64,000 nt of DNA from an uncultured virus (IMG/VR IMGVR_UViG_2882234885_000004) (IMGVR_UViG_2882234885_000004); one strand, 5' to 3'. Shown: positions 47,258 through 56,749, counted from the first letter of the stretch. Numbers and translations are program-made. The notes: a model not told the origin generated them from the sequence alone.

Positions 47258-48235
47258 ATGGCGGTTTATGAAATTATCAATGTCGGCGCAAACAAGGCCC
47301 TTAATATTTCTGGGTCTAATCTGAAAGGAACGAGTTTATATAATAACCAGGGGATTACCCTTTGGTCTCGTTCTGGTTCCAGCGAGCAATCCTGGATTTT
47401 CACAACTACGAGCAAACCAGCGTGTATCAGAAGCTATCTGAACCGTGAATTTGGGCTTAATGCACGCAAAAATAGCTCTACAAAATATAAGTGTGACATC
47501 CACGAGATAGATGGAAACGAGACAGATACGGCCGTTGGCGTTGAACATATTAGCACTGGTGACAGAATCAAGCTGCTGAACTATGACTTATATCTTACGG
47601 CTGACGGTACAGGCAATGGAGCTACTGTCTCTTGGGCACCAGAGAGTTCGAGCAATCTCCAGCTTTGGAAGTTAAATGAGAAAGATGTTATTACACATGG
47701 GAAGACAACGACACTGTATGGCCCTGTAGGAAACTATAAGACTGGTAACTTGTTAGAGAGCCAGCGCAAAACTAACGCAAAATATATTTATGATTTTCTC
47801 ATTGATAACGGTTTCACTAAAGAAGCTGCCTGTGCAGTTCTTGGAAATTGTGAACAAGAAAGCACCTTTAATCCCTCTGTGTGGCAGACATTAAATGACC
47901 TCGACTTAGGATATGGCATCGTACAGTGGAGTCCTGCCACGAAATTCCTTCAGTGGGCAGTGGACATTGGCTTGATTGCTTCAGTCAGCGCTGCTATAAT
48001 CAATACCCTGGCCAAAAGCTCTGTTCAGAAACTTATGGATGCAGAGCTGACATATTTTATTTTTACTGCAGCACTGTCTGGGGATTATTTTTCCGGTAAT
48101 TCTTTTGAGACGTTCAAAAACTCAACCGATTCTGTGACCGAACTTGCAAAGACCTTCGTTTTGACCTACGAAAAAACCACCAGCGAAATCGCAAAGCGGC
48201 AAGAATACGCTCAGAACTGGTACGAGTATTTTTAA
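47258..48235 (+). CDS. Ricin-type lectin plus phage-tail-lysozyme domain protein
   Basis: QSW/QLW lectin repeats; AACAVLGNCEQES, GYGIVQWSP, FVLTYEK. Confidence 0.8.
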   Translation: MAVYEIINVGANKALNISGSNLKGTSLYNNQGITLWSRSGSSEQSWIFTTTSKPACIRSYLNREFGLNARKNSSTKYKCDIHEIDGNETDTAVGVEHISTGDRIKLLNYDLYLTADGTGNGATVSWAPESSSNLQLWKLNEKDVITHGKTTTLYGPVGNYKTGNLLESQRKTNAKYIYDFLIDNGFTKEAACAVLGNCEQESTFNPSVWQTLNDLDLGYGIVQWSPATKFLQWAVDIGLIASVSAAIINTLAKSSVQKLMDAELTYFIFTAALSGDYFSGNSFETFKNSTDSVTELAKTFVLTYEKTTSEIAKRQEYAQNWYEYF

Positions 48236-48325
48236 CTGAGTTGTAATGTTGTACCATGTATTAGTACGCGGGGACTGTTCTCAGCCTCCGCGTACTAATA
48301 AATTTTGTTATTGAGGTGGATAAGA

Positions 48326-49135
48326 ATGGTGAATAAGACTTCGGGATGGAAAATGTCTATTGCATGTACAGCTTTTCTGATGATGTGTTCGCTTGTGCTC
48401 TCAGCGTGCAGTGTGGGCAGCATACCAAAGCAAGAAGAGAACTGTGATACAAGCACAACACCGGATGTATGCGAGACAGCGGCAGGAAGCCAGGAAACCA
48501 CACCTCAAGTCAATAATGAAATAATAGATATGGCAATGGCTGCGTATCGTGACGTGCTCCTCGGAAAAAGTAATTACTTCGATGCTCCGACAGCAGAAAA
48601 TCTAAACATCAACCAGTTATACGATATTGATAGTATTTTCCCAGCGACTCCAACGCAATTCGTTCTGCAAGATTTGGATGATGATGGTCTTCCAGAAGTC
48701 ATTGTTCAAATGGATATGAACGGCATAGAAAATTTTGGGAGTCTAATACTACATTATGAAGATGGCCAAGTTGTTGGATACTGCCTGTGGAGACGAGCGT
48801 TCGGAGACTTAAAAACAGACAATACTTTTTATACATCCGGTGGCGCATTTGACCATGGCTATTCCCGCATTGACTTTTCTGCTTTCGATAATACGGCAGA
48901 TGCTCCGAGTAATACAATTATACATCCAGTATGTTATTGCTCATCCAGCGCAGGCTATGATGAAGACGGCGAGCTTATCGAAAAATATTATAACGATGGC
49001 GTGGAAATAACTGCTGAAGAATTTGAACGAGAGCAAGAAAGACAATTTGCAAAAGAGAATGTGCAATGGATGGAGTTCACATCAGATAACATCAAAAACT
49101 CTATTGCACAATTTCAAAATTCATCCAATAGGTAG
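48326..49135 (+). CDS. Acidic lipoprotein (candidate immunity protein)
   Basis: Lipobox LSAC; DLDDDGLPE motif. Confidence 0.7.
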   Translation: MVNKTSGWKMSIACTAFLMMCSLVLSACSVGSIPKQEENCDTSTTPDVCETAAGSQETTPQVNNEIIDMAMAAYRDVLLGKSNYFDAPTAENLNINQLYDIDSIFPATPTQFVLQDLDDDGLPEVIVQMDMNGIENFGSLILHYEDGQVVGYCLWRRAFGDLKTDNTFYTSGGAFDHGYSRIDFSAFDNTADAPSNTIIHPVCYCSSSAGYDEDGELIEKYYNDGVEITAEEFEREQERQFAKENVQWMEFTSDNIKNSIAQFQNSSNR

Positions 49136-49796
49136 CAATAGATATTCTGAAGAGCAAATCTCAATTTTGAAGGAATATGATGGCAGTCCCATTGAAGACA
49201 ATCCTCAACTGAGGGGTATATTTGCCAATATAAATGGCCGCTTACGGCTTAGAAGCCAAGACGATGATAGTGTTTGCGTTAAGTTCGAATGGGACTGGGA
49301 TGGACTTCCAATGTTGTCCGGGTACGCAGTCACAGATGTTGTTACATGTGCTTGGTTAGGAGTAGACTCTAATAATAAAGGTCATGCGTTGCGGCTTGTT
49401 GAAGATGAGTCCGAATGCAAAGTCTATTACTATTCAAGAGACGATTTTAATTACGAATACAGTGAAATGGTAGAGATTGATGACACGAATCCTGACGAGA
49501 GTGCAGAGGCTAGAATTCAAGTTGGGTCAGACAATCCAAACCATATGGATACATTTGCTATGTCGGGTGAAATGGAGATTACACTTGAAGAACCAGTTAC
49601 TGTCAATGATTTGCAATATTGCACACTCGTGTTTGGGTATGGACATACGGTTCTGACATTCGATGCCAGCTTCAGTGTTTCTATTAGCGGCATCAGTGTT
49701 AGCATATCTCCTACGATGGGAACTGAAGCGATGTTTAATGGCTCTATCTCAGTTTGGTCAGATGGAAGCGTTGATTATGGTGGAGATGCAGCTTAA
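49136..49796 (+). pseudogene. Probable 5'-truncated acidic protein gene
   Basis: Open frame with no credible start or RBS; the only upstream start overlaps the lipoprotein gene by over 100 bp. Confidence 0.45.
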
Positions 49797-49821
49797 AGCC
49801 GTTTTGCGTTGGGGTGTGTGA

Positions 49822-50010
49822 ATGGCATACTTAATTCTGGGATTATTGTGCATCGTTGGCGCACTGGTAGCACCATTTCTTTTTTACAGAATAGTTAGAA
49901 AGGCAGTCAGCAACAAAGCGCCATATATCGAATGCGGAGTATTGGCACTCTTTGGGGTAGCCTTTGTCCTTTGGCTCGTCAGTGTTTTTGGCTCGCTACC
50001 AACTGCATAA
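49822..50010 (+). CDS. Small two-TM protein
   Basis: Two hydrophobic helices; terminator at 50051-50081. Confidence 0.6.
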   Translation: MAYLILGLLCIVGALVAPFLFYRIVRKAVSNKAPYIECGVLALFGVAFVLWLVSVFGSLPTA

Positions 50011-50094
50011 TCATTAAGCCCTATCATCCTGGATAAAACTATTCCACTGAATAGGCCCGGCATTACGCCGGGCCTATTTTTATCCCTCACAATA

Positions 50095-50123
50095 TTGATT
50101 ATTTTAACTTTATATGGTATAAT
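50095..50123 (+). promoter_or_regulatory. Promoter (repeated family)
   Basis: TTGATT-17-TATAAT. Confidence 0.75.
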
Positions 50124-50172
50124 ATTATAAATTTAGCAATGTACATATCTGCAGTGAGGTGAGACGATAACC

Positions 50173-50760
50173 ATGGAAATCAATAAAAACGCTAACATTT
50201 CCGATACCCAGTGGTTTTTGTACCCCAATGGATACGACTCAAATATCAACCTGCTTATCACCGACGCCAGCAAACGTATCCTGGCCGCCACAATACTGGG
50301 CTGCACTAGCAGAGTGATTCTGCAGTCTATCCCTATGGTCCTGGTCTGTGACAAGGGCAGTACAATTCCTGCGATACAGTATGCTGAAGCCAGGGGCTAC
50401 AATATTCACCGCGCAGAGCCAAACTCCAGTGCGGGCGAGTTACTGGAGCCTGGTGATGCACAAGGACCTGCAGCCACCATTGTGGAAACAGGGGATGGTG
50501 GCCTGCCCCTTACGCGGGCTGGCATTATCTTGGGCCGCATCCTGGAGTATGTCTGCTATGCGACCAACCATCCATACCTGGCCATTCTCATTGACGACCT
50601 GCCCTCCCTGGGTCAGGTGCCGCATATCGAGAATGTCCTGGCCATGTCCAGCAAAATCAATGTCCGGTTTTGTATGACCGCAGAGCACATGAGCGAGGTC
50701 GCCGCCGCCTACCCGGCAACGCACATCAAAATCATCGAGAACTGCAAGGTATTTTTCTAA
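50173..50760 (+). CDS. Miniature VirD4/TraG-like protein lacking Walker A, the TM anchor and the all-alpha domain
   Basis: Aligns by eye to two segments of the VirD4 in this window (see findings). Confidence 0.65.
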   Translation: MEINKNANISDTQWFLYPNGYDSNINLLITDASKRILAATILGCTSRVILQSIPMVLVCDKGSTIPAIQYAEARGYNIHRAEPNSSAGELLEPGDAQGPAATIVETGDGGLPLTRAGIILGRILEYVCYATNHPYLAILIDDLPSLGQVPHIENVLAMSSKINVRFCMTAEHMSEVAAAYPATHIKIIENCKVFF

Positions 50761-50793
50761 AATGCCAGAGTCTGCTCAAAAGGGGGAAATAAC

Positions 50794-51327
50794 ATGCAAG
50801 GTATCAGAGCCGGAGGAAGCACCGGCTCGAAAATGAGTTTCTACTGCGGATGTGTCTTCAGCGTTGTTGGCGTGATTTTCATTATCACCTTTTTGCTGGT
50901 CATGTCTCATTGGGAAACAGTGGTCATAAATGGTCGTGGCGCGGTGTGGCTCATCCCGGTGGCGTTTGGCCTGATGAGTGTAATAATGCTTGTCATTGGG
51001 TTCTTTCTCCTCCGTTTGTACGGCAACGAACAGAAAAAGATTCGCCGCTTGCTGGAACGTGGAGAGTATGTCATGGCAGACATCACGGGCTTCCCGATAA
51101 ACTACCACAACAGAATAAACGGAATCCCAACCTACTTCGTCAAGTGTACCTATCAGGACCCAGCCACCGGGACCATTCATGTGTTTAGAAGCCGGTATAT
51201 AAGCATTGCATTGCTTCCACAAAAAATCAAAGCGGACACTGTGAGGGTGTATGTAGACAGAAGCAAAGGATACCAAGACTACTATGTGGACGTGGACAGC
51301 ATCCTGCCCCACGTAGTGCGGCATTAA
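50794..51327 (+). CDS. Two-TM membrane protein (DUF3592-like)
   Basis: Two TM helices, LLERGEYVMA, VRVYVD..YYVD. Confidence 0.65.
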   Translation: MQGIRAGGSTGSKMSFYCGCVFSVVGVIFIITFLLVMSHWETVVINGRGAVWLIPVAFGLMSVIMLVIGFFLLRLYGNEQKKIRRLLERGEYVMADITGFPINYHNRINGIPTYFVKCTYQDPATGTIHVFRSRYISIALLPQKIKADTVRVYVDRSKGYQDYYVDVDSILPHVVRH

Positions 51328-51336
51328 GGAGGACCA

Positions 51337-52005
51337 ATGAAACAGACATTTTTCAATCACAGAAAGACAGCGGCATTTCTGAGCACAGTCCTGTGCCTTT
51401 CAGTACTGACCGGGTGCGGGACTCCCAGCAATCAGCCTGCGCAGTCAGAAGGCCCCCAGCAGTCTGAGCAACAGATGGAGTTCCCCTATGAGCTGACCAT
51501 CGGCGGCGTGGGCTATTCCTTCGCTTTCTCCTATGACGACCTGACCTTTCTGGGTTGGGAGTCCCAGTCAGTGAAGACGGAGGACGCTGAAAAGGTCCTG
51601 GTGCCCGCCGGGGAGACCAGTGAATCGTCTGAGGACGATGCAGTGTACTACAAGAACGGCGATATCCGGGGCGCACGGCCTATTTTCTATAACAGCGACG
51701 CCGAAAATCAGTTTGTGACTGAGTGCGAGGTCGTAGGCTTTGTATTCGATGACAGCTATAACTACAGCTATCCCGCCGGTGAGGTTGCGGTCAGCGGACC
51801 GGATGGAACGGTGGAGCTGGGTATCTCTACATACGACGAGGCTTTGGCAGCCCTGGGGACGCCGGTGAGCGACGACGGTACGACCATCCTGTATACAGGG
51901 AACGGGGAGGAGACCTGCACCAAGTATCTGAAACTGGAATTTGACGACACCGGAGTGCTTGAGTTCCTAAGCATTCAGTCGTATACTGCTGATACAGAGG
52001 ACTGA
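51337..52005 (+). CDS. Acidic lipoprotein
   Basis: Lipobox LTGC; AAGGAGG RBS. Confidence 0.75.
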   Translation: MKQTFFNHRKTAAFLSTVLCLSVLTGCGTPSNQPAQSEGPQQSEQQMEFPYELTIGGVGYSFAFSYDDLTFLGWESQSVKTEDAEKVLVPAGETSESSEDDAVYYKNGDIRGARPIFYNSDAENQFVTECEVVGFVFDDSYNYSYPAGEVAVSGPDGTVELGISTYDEALAALGTPVSDDGTTILYTGNGEETCTKYLKLEFDDTGVLEFLSIQSYTADTED

Positions 52006-52031
52006 GGGACATCACACTGGGGGGATAGAAT

Positions 52032-52526
52032 ATGCAGATTGAAAACAGAAAGCACTGGATAGACCAGATTATGGACAACGTGTCGGATTACGAGCTGACC
52101 GCGATGTTCGCGGACCTCACAGAGTTCCGGCGGACTGCGCTGCTGAAGCCGGAAAGCACTGTCCGGGCTTTGGACAGAATTTTTCGGAAGCAGTGCGGGC
52201 AAAGCGATACCATGCTGCGGGTAGTGGAGGATGCGGTGCTCTATGAGATGGCCCGGCGGTACAACAATGCCAACGAAGATAACAGGGCCGCAGCCATTGA
52301 GAGATGGAAGACTCAGGGATTTAGGGAGGTCTTGCTCTACAAGGACGAGGCGAGCACCCCAATTTTGACGTACTGGGTCTTTGCAGATAACGCGGACAAC
52401 CTCACCCTGGGACACTTTGACAGCGAAGAGGCCGCTCGGGAATTCATCCGTCAGAATGGATACACCTACGGAAACGATGGCTCCGTTATCATCGCCTCGG
52501 ACGAGGGCGGCGCAGAGGACGAATAG
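52032..52526 (+). CDS. Hypothetical protein
   Basis: ORF within the co-oriented operon. Confidence 0.65.
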   Translation: MQIENRKHWIDQIMDNVSDYELTAMFADLTEFRRTALLKPESTVRALDRIFRKQCGQSDTMLRVVEDAVLYEMARRYNNANEDNRAAAIERWKTQGFREVLLYKDEASTPILTYWVFADNADNLTLGHFDSEEAAREFIRQNGYTYGNDGSVIIASDEGGAEDE

Positions 52527-52579
52527 CCAAAAGTTTCTGTCAGACTCGGAAAGTACCCGCAGGGAGGAGGGATGAGCAG

Positions 52580-53137
52580 GTGCAGACAATTTGTTACTGG
52601 ACAAAACGGCCGGAGTTATCGCAAAAGGCCGAGAGCTTTGCGAAGGAGAAGGTCAATCACGACACACGAATTTACAGGCGAAACCGGGTATTCACGATTG
52701 CTGCGGTCACATTTCTGTCCATAAGCGGCGTGTTCATGGCCGGTTGCCTTCTGCGAATGATTGCTCACATTATGGCGGGTGTACCGGATGATGACCCTCA
52801 GTTCTATATCTGGCGGCTCTTTCTCAGCTTATCTACGCTTGCGATAGGTCTCATCCTTTTTCGGGTTCGTCCGGTACTGGAAGAGCTGCCTTGGCCAGAC
52901 TGGTATGCGCAGTATATGCTGGACGAGACCCGCCTACAAATCCTTCTCCCTGGGAAGCCTGTCCGGGTCAGCGGCATGGTCGACAGGTTCGGCCGCCGCC
53001 TCCCGGAATGTGAGGCATACCGAGGTATTGCCGATTTCGACTCCAGAAAGTTGTTTCTCCTCTTTCAGGCCGGTCCTGACAGGAAGTTCTGTGTTATAAC
53101 CTCTCTGGACGACATGACATTCATCCCATACGGATAG
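52580..53137 (+). CDS. Two-TM membrane protein
   Basis: GGAGGAGG RBS; followed by terminator 53143-53174. Confidence 0.6.
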   Translation: MQTICYWTKRPELSQKAESFAKEKVNHDTRIYRRNRVFTIAAVTFLSISGVFMAGCLLRMIAHIMAGVPDDDPQFYIWRLFLSLSTLAIGLILFRVRPVLEELPWPDWYAQYMLDETRLQILLPGKPVRVSGMVDRFGRRLPECEAYRGIADFDSRKLFLLFQAGPDRKFCVITSLDDMTFIPYG

Positions 53138-53172
53138 GCTCAAAGCCATGTACCTTCCCGGGTACATGGCTT

Positions 53173-53345
53173 TTGACATGTAAGAAAAAATCGAGGATAA
53201 TATGGCAGCGGGAGGCGATAACTGTCCGGCAGTGCCAGGTAGTGCTCTGACTTCTCATTGCATTGCCGCAACTCGCCGGAAGTGCCGGATAGTTCCCTGG
53301 CTGCCAGGCAGTTGCGGCAACACTCGTTGCTCCTTCTGCCTGTTT
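53173..53345 (+). ncRNA. Candidate structured RNA or ssDNA element with its own promoter
   Basis: TTGACA-17-GATAAT, then crossing stems 53220-31/53283-94 and 53263-73/53310-20. Confidence 0.5.
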
Positions 53346-53390
53346 ATTGGACGTGGCGGTGAAATAGCAGTCACATGGAGCCTTAAAATA

Positions 53391-53419
53391 TTGACTAATT
53401 TATTATTATATGGTATAAT
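53391..53419 (+). promoter_or_regulatory. Promoter (repeated family)
   Basis: TTGACT-17-TATAAT. Confidence 0.75.
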
Positions 53420-53448
53420 ATTGTTACAGAAAACGGGAGGTCTGTCCT

Positions 53449-54195
53449 ATGGAAGCACCTAAGCTCTTAAGCACTCAATACCCCGGCCTTATGAGTACCT
53501 ACCACACACCGCATGTCTGCGGCCAGTGCGGCGCTCACATTGCCGACGACTGGTCATTCTGCCCGGAATGTGGGACAGCGACCGGCCTTACACAGGAGGA
53601 CTTCGAAGAGTCGGCCCGGTGGCTGGATGCGGTGCAGAAGGCTGGCACCTGTACGCCAATGGATACCAAACAGAGGCCCAGATGTGCCCGTTGCAGGAAC
53701 CACCACTACGATGTGGAGCAGAAGTTCTCCTGCAGGCTCGGCCACCAAGATACTTTTTCCATGAAAGAGGACATGGGCGAGTGCCCAGACTTCAAGAGCC
53801 GGTATCTGGAGTTCCCACTGACTGTGCAGGGGATTGAGATAAAGGAATGCTTGCCACCAATGCGGCAGGTTGGCAAGCTGGTTCGGGTTCAGCTCTGCGG
53901 GGATGAAAAGACATACCTGGGGATTTACCTCGGTGAACTTGTTTGTGACTCTTTCGTATACACCCGCTCGGATAGCCAAGAGCTGTTTGTAATGCCTTAT
54001 CAGAATCCGGCTCTATACGTCCCGGCCTTGTCCCGCATCGTATGGGGGAATGAGAGCTGGTGGAGCATTATCAGGACCAGTAAGGACCTGGACAATATCG
54101 CTGACGACGACTTCGCAACTCAATGGTATAACCAGTTAATAAATGCGCTCTACACTGTGGGAGAGCTAGAAAACAGGAGGAAGGAGGAATCCTGA
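53449..54195 (+). CDS. Zn-ribbon hypothetical protein
   Basis: CGQCG..FCPECG; TYLGIYLGE..NPA..IVWGNESWW. Confidence 0.7.
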   Translation: MEAPKLLSTQYPGLMSTYHTPHVCGQCGAHIADDWSFCPECGTATGLTQEDFEESARWLDAVQKAGTCTPMDTKQRPRCARCRNHHYDVEQKFSCRLGHQDTFSMKEDMGECPDFKSRYLEFPLTVQGIEIKECLPPMRQVGKLVRVQLCGDEKTYLGIYLGELVCDSFVYTRSDSQELFVMPYQNPALYVPALSRIVWGNESWWSIIRTSKDLDNIADDDFATQWYNQLINALYTVGELENRRKEES

Positions 54196-54196
54196 A

Positions 54197-55099
54197 ATGT
54201 TGCTCAATAAAGAAACTGCCGTCGGCGGACTTGTCCAGGAGCTGAACCGATGGCTGAAGGTCAAATGGCTGCACGCGGACTACAACAAGCAGTTGCCAAA
54301 TGCCCGGGATGTTCTCGATTACTTCAAACGGCTATTCGAGTCCGCCGAGCGGGAATACGGTGGTGCAGTCTGCAATGCACACGCAGACTTCTACAAGGAG
54401 CTGGGAAAGGAACAGCCGGACCAGTGCTGCGACTTCGACACTCTGACACTGCTGGACACATCTGTTCAGGGGAATGACCTGGTTCTTTTCACTTGGCTGG
54501 GTGGAGAGCAAATCCCTATCCTTGTGTTCCATATGGACATCCAGCACATTGCATTGGATGACGACACCTGTGAGGCAGTCCAGGGTGTTTCCTGCGATGA
54601 TGACGCTGAAACCAAACTCGTAGATATCCTGTGCTCAGTCGTCCGTAAGCAGGACGCCACCGAGGTAGATATCATCCAGCGATGGCAGTTGGCATCGGAC
54701 TTTTACCGGGAGAAGCATCCCATCTGCCCAGTCTGTGGAAATGGGAATGTCCGCATCGTCCCGAATGACGATTGGAGCAGCAGTGGCCCAGGGCGGTATG
54801 TCTGTGACTACTGCGACTGGGAGTCCCACGGAAAGCAGTACTATTACAAGAGCGACCTGGGAGATAAGGACGCTTTTCAGAAAGAGGTCAAATACCTCAA
54901 AAAGGTCCGTGACTGCAAAGACGGCGTTCGGACGGCAGATGACACCTTCAAAGCAGCAGTTGAGCTGCTGACCGCCACGCGGGATAAGGCGTTGAAGGGG
55001 AAGGTTGAAGTCTACGTACTTCAGCAGACCCTGGAGAGCTGGTCCAAGCAGCTTGAGCGGCTGACCGCTGAATGGAAAGGAAATAAAAATGGGCGCTGA
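54197..55099 (+). CDS. Hypothetical protein with a Zn ribbon
   Basis: CPVCG..CDYC; AAGGAGG RBS. Confidence 0.7.
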   Translation: MLLNKETAVGGLVQELNRWLKVKWLHADYNKQLPNARDVLDYFKRLFESAEREYGGAVCNAHADFYKELGKEQPDQCCDFDTLTLLDTSVQGNDLVLFTWLGGEQIPILVFHMDIQHIALDDDTCEAVQGVSCDDDAETKLVDILCSVVRKQDATEVDIIQRWQLASDFYREKHPICPVCGNGNVRIVPNDDWSSSGPGRYVCDYCDWESHGKQYYYKSDLGDKDAFQKEVKYLKKVRDCKDGVRTADDTFKAAVELLTATRDKALKGKVEVYVLQQTLESWSKQLERLTAEWKGNKNGR

Positions 55100-55388
55100 C
55101 AGCGGGTATCCTGTGGCAGAGGAAGTTCGGTTGGCCACTCAAGGCGATAAGGAGGCGGCAGGGCGGTTGGCCCAAGCCGGTATTCTCCTGCCGTGCCCCT
55201 TCTGCAAGTCCAATTTGGAACACAAACGCTTCCTCGGCCACTGGTACTGGCTGCACCCGGTTACAGCGTGTCCGCTCATCTGGTGTGCCGAGGACTCCCA
55301 GTATGGGTTTCTGGACGCAGAGAAGAACAACACCATGTGGAACACGCGAAACCTATCCGATTTTGAAAGCGAGGAAGAAAAATGCTGA
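55089..55388 (+). CDS. Lar-like (restriction alleviation) Zn-ribbon protein
   Basis: LLPCPFC...WNTR. Confidence 0.55.
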   Translation: MGADSGYPVAEEVRLATQGDKEAAGRLAQAGILLPCPFCKSNLEHKRFLGHWYWLHPVTACPLIWCAEDSQYGFLDAEKNNTMWNTRNLSDFESEEEKC

Positions 55389-55723
55389 AATATTACGACC
55401 CCAACTTTAGGGGCGTCCATATTGTGCGGGCCACATTCATGGCCTGGGACTATGTAGGGCATGTGGCATGGCCTATCGGCGGGAACTGCCGTGGCGCTGC
55501 AATGCTGGATACGGACTTTCTGGAGTGCGACACCCAGGAAGATATCGACCGCTATGTGGAGAACGACTGCCAATTCTCCTTTGACGAGGAGAGCGAGACC
55601 TACTCCGCCGTCCTTCACCGGGAAGATGGCGATACACTGGAGTACTCTGGCGACGAGGATGAGTTCAAGAGCATTCTGATTTCCATGGAAATCAGCGAGT
55701 GCCGGGAACAGAAGACCCATTGA
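55382..55723 (+). CDS. Acidic hypothetical protein
   Basis: GAGGA RBS; very Asp/Glu-rich. Confidence 0.65.
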   Translation: MLKYYDPNFRGVHIVRATFMAWDYVGHVAWPIGGNCRGAAMLDTDFLECDTQEDIDRYVENDCQFSFDEESETYSAVLHREDGDTLEYSGDEDEFKSILISMEISECREQKTH

Positions 55724-55744
55724 TGGCAGGGAGGGAGACGCATT

Positions 55745-56560
55745 TTGAAAGCAGCTATCCTCGCGCTGGCGGTTGTACTGGCCCTATCCGGGGTCCAGTC
55801 AACCCCGGCGGCGGCCGTGGAAGCCCCGGCCATCAAGTCCGGGCCCGCCTATGTTGTGGAGCACGGGACTGAGTACATCCTCCACGCCGGTGGCGTAACT
55901 CCGGCTGGCGCTGTTGGCAGTAATAGCCTGGAGGCCCTGGACTACTCCTATCAACGGGGCTACCGGGCCATGGAGATGGATTTCTTTTGGACGACTGACG
56001 GCCAACTGGTCTGCGTCCATGATTGGGATGCCTATTACGCCCACAGCCTGGGCAAAGAGGCCCTGACGCTCCAAGAGTTTGAGTCTGTGAACGGCTCCTA
56101 TGGGTTTACCTCCATGACTATCGACAGCCTGACCCAGTGGATAACTCAACACGACGATGTTGTCATCGTCACCGACATCAAAGAGAACTGTGCGGAGGGC
56201 GCGAAGCTGATTGCGGAGCGGTATCCCCAGTTGCGGGACCGATTCTACATCCAAATCTACAACACCCAGGACTATGAGGCGGTATCCGCGCTGGGCTTTC
56301 AGAACATCATCCTGACGGTCTACCAGATGACCTGGGCGGAAAAGGCAGATGTCAATGCCCTGGTGGCCTTCGCCAGCAGTCATACGCTGGCAGGCATTAC
56401 ATTTCCTATCGACCTGGTAGACCTCATCCCTGGGTATCTTGAGACCCTGGTGGCCTCCGGCACTCCAGTTTTTGTCCACACCGTCAATGACGCTGAAACG
56501 CAACAGATGCTCTTTGACGCCGGAGTGGCAGGAGTCTACACAGATGGGATGCTTCAGTGA
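55745..56560 (+). CDS. Secreted glycerophosphodiester phosphodiesterase-like protein
   Basis: LHAGG, NSLEA, EMD..TTDGQLVCVHD, TDIK, HTVND, GVYTD. Confidence 0.85.
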   Translation: MKAAILALAVVLALSGVQSTPAAAVEAPAIKSGPAYVVEHGTEYILHAGGVTPAGAVGSNSLEALDYSYQRGYRAMEMDFFWTTDGQLVCVHDWDAYYAHSLGKEALTLQEFESVNGSYGFTSMTIDSLTQWITQHDDVVIVTDIKENCAEGAKLIAERYPQLRDRFYIQIYNTQDYEAVSALGFQNIILTVYQMTWAEKADVNALVAFASSHTLAGITFPIDLVDLIPGYLETLVASGTPVFVHTVNDAETQQMLFDAGVAGVYTDGMLQ

Positions 56561-56578
56561 GCAAGGGGGGTACAATCC

Positions 56579-56749
56579 ATGGATGAAACACTGATTTGCC
56601 CCTATTGCGGGCAGGAACAGTACGGCCACGAGCCAGACGAAATTACGGCTTTCATGTGCTCTACTCAGTGTGAGCACTGCGGCAAAATGTTCTCGTACTC
56701 CGTTACTGTTACCAGAGAATACAACGCCACAAAGGATGAGGCCGATTAG
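56579..56749 (+). CDS. 56-aa Zn-ribbon protein missing from the ORF track
   Basis: MDETLICPYCG...CEHCGKMFSY...; AAGGGGGG RBS. Confidence 0.7.
   Translation: MDETLICPYCGQEQYGHEPDEITAFMCSTQCEHCGKMFSYSVTVTREYNATKDEAD

Noticed and set aside
53202..53462. 86-aa ORF over the structured element
   Set aside because: Its ATG abuts the -10 box, it crosses the next promoter, and it has no recognisable motif
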